Source: a virus. From it: DNA of 64,000 nt. Below, one piece after another: positions 58,142 to 64,000 of the stretch (positions are counted from its first letter, which is position 1; each line of letters starts with the position of its first letter). The stretch lies in IMG/VR virus record IMGVR_UViG_3300005681_000033, positions 102,784-166,783 of that record; one strand, given 5' to 3'. Position numbers and translations under genes: made by a program. A model generated the notes under the pieces. The model made no database searches and was not told the DNA's origin. It saw only the letters and a program-made list of their open reading frames with translations.

Positions 58142-58154
58142 CCCTAAAGATTGC
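58142..58154 (-). promoter_or_regulatory. Putative late promoter GCAATCTTTAGGG
   Basis: Immediately upstream of ATG 58137. Confidence 0.6.
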
Positions 58155-58160
58155 CGTTTT

Positions 58161-58619
58161 CTAGAACTTTTTACCGTTATCTTTTAAACGATTCTCGATC
58201 TTGTGGTCAGCTCTACTAGCGTTAAAATTGCGCTTTTCAGCAATAGCTCCACCTAAGTCTAGGCCATAGGCACCAGCAATGTCAAACATACGAATAAATG
58301 CATCTGCCAGCTCAACTTCAAGCATTTGTCGGTGTGGAAGCTTGTCATCCATAAGGTTTTTACGAACCCCTTCCATAGCCTCAGCAATTTCAGAAACCAC
58401 CAACATCAAAAGCTCACCTTTATTGCGAGTTTTAAGGGTTGATCGTTCAATTCCAAGAGTCTCTAGGATTGTGTCAATAGACGCTTGTTCAAAGCCACGA
58501 TCTTTAAGTTTTTGTACCTTTTCGTCGAACTTAAGATCAGTCCACCAACCAGCATTAACATTATTGGCATGGATTTCTTTAGAAAGTTCATTTAACGCAT
58601 CAATGTGTTCTTGTTTCAT
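58161..58619 (-). CDS. MazG-like nucleotide pyrophosphohydrolase
   Basis: GWW, LVVSEIAEAMEG.RK, EVELADAFIR.FD, EK..FN..R. Confidence 0.85.
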   Translation of the reverse strand: MKQEHIDALNELSKEIHANNVNAGWWTDLKFDEKVQKLKDRGFEQASIDTILETLGIERSTLKTRNKGELLMLVVSEIAEAMEGVRKNLMDDKLPHRQMLEVELADAFIRMFDIAGAYGLDLGGAIAEKRNFNASRADHKIENRLKDNGKKF

Positions 58620-58801
58620 TTTACATCCTTTTGTTTTTTAATAATTTCTTTGCCTTCTTCAGAATTAGGACTGATACTTCTTACAGTTCCGTCTTCTGCA
58701 AATTCCACAACTGAATTGCCATACAACAACATATCTCGCGCAGCCTTTTCGATCTCTGGCATGGCTGCTTCTACTAATTTATCAATATCTTTTGAATTCA
58801 T
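58616..58801 (-). CDS. Hypothetical protein
   Basis: Coupled ORF. Confidence 0.55.
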   Translation of the reverse strand: MNSKDIDKLVEAAMPEIEKAARDMLLYGNSVVEFAEDGTVRSISPNSEEGKEIIKKQKDVK

Positions 58802-59160
58802 TACTTCACCAAATGTGCGATAGAAACTAAAAGTTTATGTTTAATTGTTTCACCAGCTGGATTTTGAACTTCGATAAAGCGAAATTTATAACCAAGTTCT
58901 CTTAAGCCCTCAGTAACTTTACTAAGAGCCATCAAATCTTCGTCAGTTAAATCAAATTCACTTTCTTGTTCTAGATCAGCAATCATGCGAGAGGTAGCGT
59001 CAACTACCTTCTGTTTTAAACCATCGTAAGCTCTTTGTTCAACCCTAAGCTTCTTTTCAACAATTAAATCTGCCAATTCTGCAGCGGTCATACCCATAGG
59101 AACCTCCATCTGATTTATTATTGCATGAATACCATCATTAGACAAGAAATTATTAGGCAT
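58801..59160 (-). CDS. Hypothetical protein
   Basis: Coupled ORF. Confidence 0.65.
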   Translation of the reverse strand: MPNNFLSNDGIHAIINQMEVPMGMTAAELADLIVEKKLRVEQRAYDGLKQKVVDATSRMIADLEQESEFDLTDEDLMALSKVTEGLRELGYKFRFIEVQNPAGETIKHKLLVSIAHLVK

Positions 59161-59830
59161 TTACAGTGTCTAAAGTATTGACACCTAAAATCGTATCCAC
59201 GATAGCGTCCATTTGCTGGCGAACACCCTCAATAGTGTCATTTGCATTGACAGTATAGATTTGGCAAAGATTTTTGTCACTAGCTTGACCCAAATATTTA
59301 ACAAAAGAACCACGAACCAATTCTTGGTAACCAACACCTTTCATTTCAATGGCATCGGCCATTCCCTCACCACGCTTAACACGACGTTGAAGAGCGGTTT
59401 GTGTATCCACTGCAAAGTAAATCACAACATCTGGAAGAAGGGTATATTTCTGCATGAAATTCAGATAAAGATCGTTTGTGAACTCAGGAGTTACGTTATG
59501 ATCAGTGTAGGAAAGGTGTGAAAACCAACCACGATCAGAAACCACAACATCATAATCTTGAGCAATTTTACGATATAGGCGATCATTCTCAAAACGCATA
59601 GCAGAGAATACCAGTTCCATAGCTTCTCCACTCATGTTTGACTCTGGGTCTAAAACTGTCTGACGCAATTTCACACACACAGGGATATGAGGGTTTCCGA
59701 CTTCACGAGTTTCCAAAACCTTTGAACCGCGCTTTTGTAGCTGTTCAATCATATATTTCAAAGCTGTTGTCTTGCCAGCACCATCGGTACCTTCGACCTC
59801 AATCTTTAATGCACTTTTTTTCACGATCAT
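59153..59830 (-). CDS. tmk: Thymidylate kinase
   Basis: EGTDGAGKTT, TRE, VVSDR..FS..SY, PDVVIY. Confidence 0.9.
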   Translation of the reverse strand: MIVKKSALKIEVEGTDGAGKTTALKYMIEQLQKRGSKVLETREVGNPHIPVCVKLRQTVLDPESNMSGEAMELVFSAMRFENDRLYRKIAQDYDVVVSDRGWFSHLSYTDHNVTPEFTNDLYLNFMQKYTLLPDVVIYFAVDTQTALQRRVKRGEGMADAIEMKGVGYQELVRGSFVKYLGQASDKNLCQIYTVNANDTIEGVRQQMDAIVDTILGVNTLDTVNA

Positions 59831-60266
59831 TTAATCCTCCATAAGGTTGAATTACGCCATCCTCGCGTATTTTTATATTTCCATCTTTATCTTTATTATA
59901 AACCGTACCCTCAATATTGATGTATTGCCATTTACCAATCTTATCAACTGGGTCAGCCACATCGTCCAAATGAAAATCGATCTTGGGCATGATCACATCA
60001 ACATATTCTTCTAGCTTTAGGGCTTTGACAACAGCCTCACCCCAATCAGAACCACCAGCAGACCAGACAATTACGGCGTAGTTTCTAGCCTTCATTTTCT
60101 TAAGATGGTCAATTGCCGGTTGATTTGGAATGCCCACGTCCTTAAATCCATTAAGGTTGGTCTCGACAAGTGGGCCATCGTAGCCCTGCGGAATCCTCCA
60201 CATGATTAACGTGTCGTCAACATCCGTGGCATATACACCGCCATCCTTGACTTTCTTATAACTCAT
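59799..60266 (-). CDS. HAD-superfamily phosphatase
   Basis: DVDDTL, IVWSAGG, K...HLDD. Confidence 0.7.
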   Translation of the reverse strand: MSYKKVKDGGVYATDVDDTLIMWRIPQGYDGPLVETNLNGFKDVGIPNQPAIDHLKKMKARNYAVIVWSAGGSDWGEAVVKALKLEEYVDVIMPKIDFHLDDVADPVDKIGKWQYINIEGTVYNKDKDGNIKIREDGVIQPYGGLNDREKKCIKD

Positions 60267-60883
60267 TTTGGTGTCTCTTTCACATACATTTCAAACAAAG
60301 ATTTCTTTAGACGACCTCTGTTTGACACTCCAATAGGAGCAAGAACAGCTTCGTATTTACGAATTTTTTCCATTGCTTCTTCTAGAGATAGGTTGTGAAT
60401 TGACGATTCATCCAATTCAATTTCCACGAAATGATCCATCTTTTCTTTGTCATCTCGTACTGTGTAGAATACTAATGTTGCCTCTTTAAATTTATAAATA
60501 TGACACATTTTCCAGATCACAAAATTAAACTTGTAACCTTGATCTTCAAGACCTTCAGCAATCTCTTTAAACGGGGTTTTATCTACACGCCAATTATATT
60601 CTTTACGTTGAATGTTATTTTTCGCACCAGTGGGCTTAAGTTTGAAGGTTACCTCAGCCCTACCAGATTTATCATTCTCGGCCTTACGATATCTTGCAAA
60701 TCGTTCGTCATCCCTGACGAAATAATGGTCCGGTCCTTGGATATAAACGAAGTCATACGCCTCATCTAAATTTTCCACGATCTGCTTAAATGCATAAATT
60801 GTATTACCATCAACACGATATTTGGTCTCAAATTCTGTAAATTGAGGTAAATTCTCTTTTATAGTTTCTGTGGTTTCTACCAT
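60263..60883 (-). CDS. CYTH (triphosphate tunnel metalloenzyme / class IV adenylyl cyclase-like) protein
   Basis: EFETKY, DHYF, ARYR, EVTFK, RKE, FVEIE. Confidence 0.8.
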   Translation of the reverse strand: MVETTETIKENLPQFTEFETKYRVDGNTIYAFKQIVENLDEAYDFVYIQGPDHYFVRDDERFARYRKAENDKSGRAEVTFKLKPTGAKNNIQRKEYNWRVDKTPFKEIAEGLEDQGYKFNFVIWKMCHIYKFKEATLVFYTVRDDKEKMDHFVEIELDESSIHNLSLEEAMEKIRKYEAVLAPIGVSNRGRLKKSLFEMYVKETPK

Positions 60884-61677
60884 AAATAACCTGCTTTTTG
60901 TTTAACCTTCTTAGTTGGTTGCCAATCGCCTGGATCAATGATAGTTTGTTGTGTAACTTTAATGGCTTCCTTTGGATTTTCCAATTTATCCGTGTCAATT
61001 GTCAATGCTGTTAAATATCCTTCTCTCCAAGTATCAATACAAACAGCCCAAGCTCCTTCTGGAACTTCTAACTGATCGGACATATAAATACCCTGGGGAT
61101 TTTTAGCCGTATGCCACAAGACTCCTTTTGGTGAATTGTGACCATAAACTTGAAATTTTCCTTTTTGCTCTGTCGGTGCAAAACGGTTCCATAAAATACT
61201 TCTATCTAGCAAAATATCACTTTTGTTGATTTCGTTTAAATCCAACAACTTTTTTTCTTTTTTGTTATTTAATGGAGCATGGGTAAGTTGTAAAGCGTCA
61301 ATATTATGAATTAATGGCATCGACTCAATAAACTTATAATATTCAGGATAATTTTTCCAATCCCATTCGTATAAGTATTGCAAACCAAAACTTTGAGCTG
61401 TTTGCTCCCCACCATTCCAACCCCAGCATCCAGGCGGATATAACCGCCAGTGAACACCAGGGTCGTTTTTAATTTTTTCATAAAGCATCATGTGATCGTG
61501 ATTACCCATGACAGAGTTGTGACCACCATTAATGAAGAAATCTAAAGCCACCTTAGAATTAGGACCTCGGTCAATAATATCACCAAGACCCCAGAATTCA
61601 CCATGAGGCAATTGCTTATAAAGCTCTTCCAATGTTAGACCGAAACCGGTCACGTCACCAACCACATTAATAATCAT
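60877..61677 (-). CDS. PPP/ApaH-like metallophosphoesterase
   Basis: GDIIDRGPNS, MGNHD, THA, ILWNR, YGH, IDT. Confidence 0.85.
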   Translation of the reverse strand: MIINVVGDVTGFGLTLEELYKQLPHGEFWGLGDIIDRGPNSKVALDFFINGGHNSVMGNHDHMMLYEKIKNDPGVHWRLYPPGCWGWNGGEQTAQSFGLQYLYEWDWKNYPEYYKFIESMPLIHNIDALQLTHAPLNNKKEKKLLDLNEINKSDILLDRSILWNRFAPTEQKGKFQVYGHNSPKGVLWHTAKNPQGIYMSDQLEVPEGAWAVCIDTWREGYLTALTIDTDKLENPKEAIKVTQQTIIDPGDWQPTKKVKQKAGYLW

Positions 61678-61682
61678 AACCT

Positions 61683-61693
61683 ATTATACCACA
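61683..61693 (-). promoter_or_regulatory. Extended -10 promoter TGTGGTATAAT, probably leaderless transcript
   Basis: 5 nt before ATG 61677. Confidence 0.65.
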
Positions 61694-61695
61694 AA

Positions 61696-62859
61696 TCAAT
61701 GAAAATCTGTGTTATCTCCATCTAAATATGCCTCTGAAATTACTTTCAAGGCTTTGTTACTACATCTTTCGTCAGAGTATCCCTCCAGGGCCTTGACAAC
61801 AACTCCTTCTCTGACTTTTTGACTAGGAGCCAAAATGGAATCTCCAATGGTTTTTTCCTTGGCCAAAGCAAGATTAAAAGGTCCTCTGTAAACTTCTGGT
61901 ACAACATCGAAGCCACGTTCTTTTCCATAAGCGATAACTTCATCGGGTCCAAGCCATCTTTGTTTACCGTCATCTTGTAGCACTTTGACATCGAATAAAA
62001 CGAACTTGTGTTCTCCCTCTTTACATCCGTAGTTGTAATCTTTTTGAATTCCAGAACCGTAGATTTCGCCGAAAATGGTTTCTCCGTCCTTAATCTTGGA
62101 AGCAGCATCGATTGATTGAAAAACTTTTCCGTAAATGTCTTCTCCGTAATATCCAGTGTATCCAGGGCGCTCTTGAAGTTGAACGTTGTTGGAGCCGTAA
62201 CAGAATTCATAAGAAACCTTCATTTTTAAAAGATTCATGACAAACAACTTAATCTTTTTCCATACTGTGTTTGCAGCATATGGAAGTTTAGCAGCACGGG
62301 CATTTGAGCCGTGAATTTTCTCTTGCATAACAACCATTTCGCCTTCTTTAAATAAAGTCGGAAACCACTTAATATTATCCAATCCATTGTATTTGTGGAA
62401 GTTAGGATTTTCCAAAGGCTTGGTACGTCTTGCACCAGGCTTACCCATTTCAGACTGAAACTTAGGAAGTGGTGGTTCATACTTCTTAACTTCTAAAAGC
62501 TCTTGGTAGTCATCTTCTAAACTAGATGGTGTGAAATCATACACCGCCTTAATGTCAGCTGGATTAATAAGCATACCCTGAGAAGCAATTTTACGGAGTC
62601 GGATTTGTTTTACGCGATGCTTTGTCAGCTTAACCTTAGAATCTGCTGGAAATAAGAAATCCTCTAATTTTTGAGGTAAAATAGAATCAATAGGGATGTA
62701 GATTACATGATCATTGACTTTGTAAGAATCCTTCTTAATCACAACCTGAAATCCATAAACAGTGGCAATTTCCAGCCTATCTGCATTTGGATGTGGCTCA
62801 ATAGCAATAATTTGTGTCAATGGAACTTTATAGGTTGAACCTTCTTTTTCTTCTGACAT
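61696..62859 (-). CDS. RNA ligase, DRB0094/Rnl5 family
   Basis: N-terminal OB fold (IEPHPNADRLE, YIPIDS, RLR..ASQG), EKIHGSN, GEIYG, FD, REGVVVK, LKVIS..YL. Confidence 0.9.
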   Translation of the reverse strand: MSEEKEGSTYKVPLTQIIAIEPHPNADRLEIATVYGFQVVIKKDSYKVNDHVIYIPIDSILPQKLEDFLFPADSKVKLTKHRVKQIRLRKIASQGMLINPADIKAVYDFTPSSLEDDYQELLEVKKYEPPLPKFQSEMGKPGARRTKPLENPNFHKYNGLDNIKWFPTLFKEGEMVVMQEKIHGSNARAAKLPYAANTVWKKIKLFVMNLLKMKVSYEFCYGSNNVQLQERPGYTGYYGEDIYGKVFQSIDAASKIKDGETIFGEIYGSGIQKDYNYGCKEGEHKFVLFDVKVLQDDGKQRWLGPDEVIAYGKERGFDVVPEVYRGPFNLALAKEKTIGDSILAPSQKVREGVVVKALEGYSDERCSNKALKVISEAYLDGDNTDFH

Positions 62860-63074
62860 TAGGACCTCCACAAAACTTTCTTAGTAAAATGATGACGAAT
62901 CACAACCTCACCAGAAGCATAAACCAGCACTTCACCACGCAATTTTCCAGCTCTTGAAGAGCGTTTGCTAAATCTACCTACGATAATTTCTACCTCATCT
63001 TCAGAAAGATTGGTATACCAAATTACCTTCGAAATACCATCTTTTTCGGATAAATAAAACTGTTCATCAATCAT
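62859..63074 (-). CDS. Hypothetical protein
   Basis: TAATG-coupled on both sides. Confidence 0.55.
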   Translation of the reverse strand: MIDEQFYLSEKDGISKVIWYTNLSEDEVEIIVGRFSKRSSRAGKLRGEVLVYASGEVVIRHHFTKKVLWRS

Positions 63075-64000
63075 TAAAAATCTCCTTCTTCAATCTGAAA
63101 GCAAGTCAATCCTCTTCTACGCCACATTTGAACTACTTGATTCCTATCATCTACTGTAAACACTGGATTGTATCTTGTCAAGATCTCAAAATCTAAAATA
63201 ATTTCTTTTACAATATCATCCCTACGAGAATCTTGTCGATTCCTCATGTAAATTGGAGAAACACCAAACCATTCTTGTTCACCTAAAAACATATCCAATC
63301 CGTGTTTTTTAAGCCAATCTACAGTAGCTTGACGTTCATTATCACTTCTACCAGAGCAATAAACAATTTTGTAACCAGACCAAGCCATCGCCCGTAAAAG
63401 AATGGCACAAGATTCTTTTACAGTATCGTCTTTAATTCCTTTAAAGAATGCTGGCCAGTTCTTTTTAAAACCCTCTGGTGGTCTTACAAAATGTCTGCGA
63501 TGCTCCACATCACACAAAGTACCATCCAAATCAGAAATAACAACCTTTGGGGCGTCGTTACCTGCCCAGCCCAATCTTTGAACTTCGTCAGCTTCATTAT
63601 CTTCCACCCTTTCGTAATGTGTAAAGAAGAAATTTACCGCTTGCGACGCCGCTTTAGAATCTCTGATAGTTGGGTGGTTTTCTCTTTTATTGCACCTTTC
63701 AAGACAAGTATCGAGAGGACAATGAACAACAATAATACGAGTGGCATAGCCAGCCTTTCGAGCAGGTTCTAAGTACCTGTTCCGTTGATTTTTATCAAAA
63801 TTCATACGATCAACGATAATATTTTGCTTATTCAACAAAGCATTCTCAAACACTTCCATATGGCCAGGTTTCCCCTGATCGTCTTGACTAACGCGAACGG
63901 TAGCCAATCCATGGTCACCATCGTTGTTAATTCTATCTAAAGCAATTGTAGATTTACCAGAACCTGGAGGGCCTACTAATAACGTAATTGTTGGAGACAT
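63074..64000 (-). CDS. Polynucleotide 5'-kinase/3'-phosphatase (T4 PseT-like); starts at the window edge
   Basis: VGPPGSGKST, VSQD, VDRMN; HAD domain DLDGTL, SGR, MR...D.R.D..VK, DDR.QVV.MWR. Confidence 0.92.
   Translation of the reverse strand: MSPTITLLVGPPGSGKSTIALDRINNDGDHGLATVRVSQDDQGKPGHMEVFENALLNKQNIIVDRMNFDKNQRNRYLEPARKAGYATRIIVVHCPLDTCLERCNKRENHPTIRDSKAASQAVNFFFTHYERVEDNEADEVQRLGWAGNDAPKVVISDLDGTLCDVEHRRHFVRPPEGFKKNWPAFFKGIKDDTVKESCAILLRAMAWSGYKIVYCSGRSDNERQATVDWLKKHGLDMFLGEQEWFGVSPIYMRNRQDSRRDDIVKEIILDFEILTRYNPVFTVDDRNQVVQMWRRRGLTCFQIEEGDF

Noticed and set aside
59800-59810. CAATCTTTAA match on the + strand
   Set aside because: Antisense within tmk, no downstream + gene, and lacks the preceding purine; likely chance
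1997-63772. Many 60-150 aa antisense or alternate-frame ORFs in the track (e.g. 12523-12912, 61746-62210)
   Set aside because: Fully nested in well-supported genes, with no RBS or recognisable motifs
1-64000. Stop-codon reassignment, as seen in some large phages
   Set aside because: Conserved genes are full length in the standard code and end in TAA, TAG and TGA; coding density is already near complete
1-64000. tRNA, rRNA or CRISPR array
   Set aside because: Intergenic gaps are under about 200 nt; I saw no cloverleaf signature or repeat-spacer series by eye

Overview
The window is a 64-kb piece of a large, AT-rich, densely coding lytic tailed dsDNA phage with a contractile (myovirus-type) tail, using the standard genetic code. 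No integrase, tRNA, rRNA or CRISPR array was recognised. Four blocks are visible. (1) 1-30.8 kb, + strand, replication/recombination/nucleotide metabolism: SbcC/Rad50, NrdB/NrdA, DnaQ-like exonuclease, DnaE, gp32-like SSB, RecA/UvsX, DnaB-like helicase, AEP-type primase, ThyX, plus a Thg1-like protein, ClpP, an S8 protease, DUF932 and a PLP enzyme. (2) 30.8-54.2 kb, mostly - strand, tail-fibre/baseplate genes interrupted by free-standing homing endonucleases and a small + strand islet. (3) 54.3-56.8 kb, a + strand HNH/PIN-PhoH islet. (4) 56.8-64 kb, - strand, a virion gene followed by an RNA-repair/nucleotide cluster (PNKP, DRB0094-type ligase, phosphatases, CYTH, Tmk, MazG-like). The most interesting signal is an apparent host-RNAP reprogramming system. 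Three promoter classes can be read from the DNA: full sigma70, -10-only TGTGGTATWAT, and a recurrent RCAATCTTWW motif before virion genes. They sit alongside a divergent sigma-like protein that seems to lack region 4.2, a separate 70-aa sigma-region-4-like protein, and a GreA-like protein with an altered acidic tip. Also notable are a PLP enzyme resembling the plant TAA1/alliinase family and a tail-fibre paralog with a precise 140-codon deletion. All family calls are from motif recognition by eye, not database searches.
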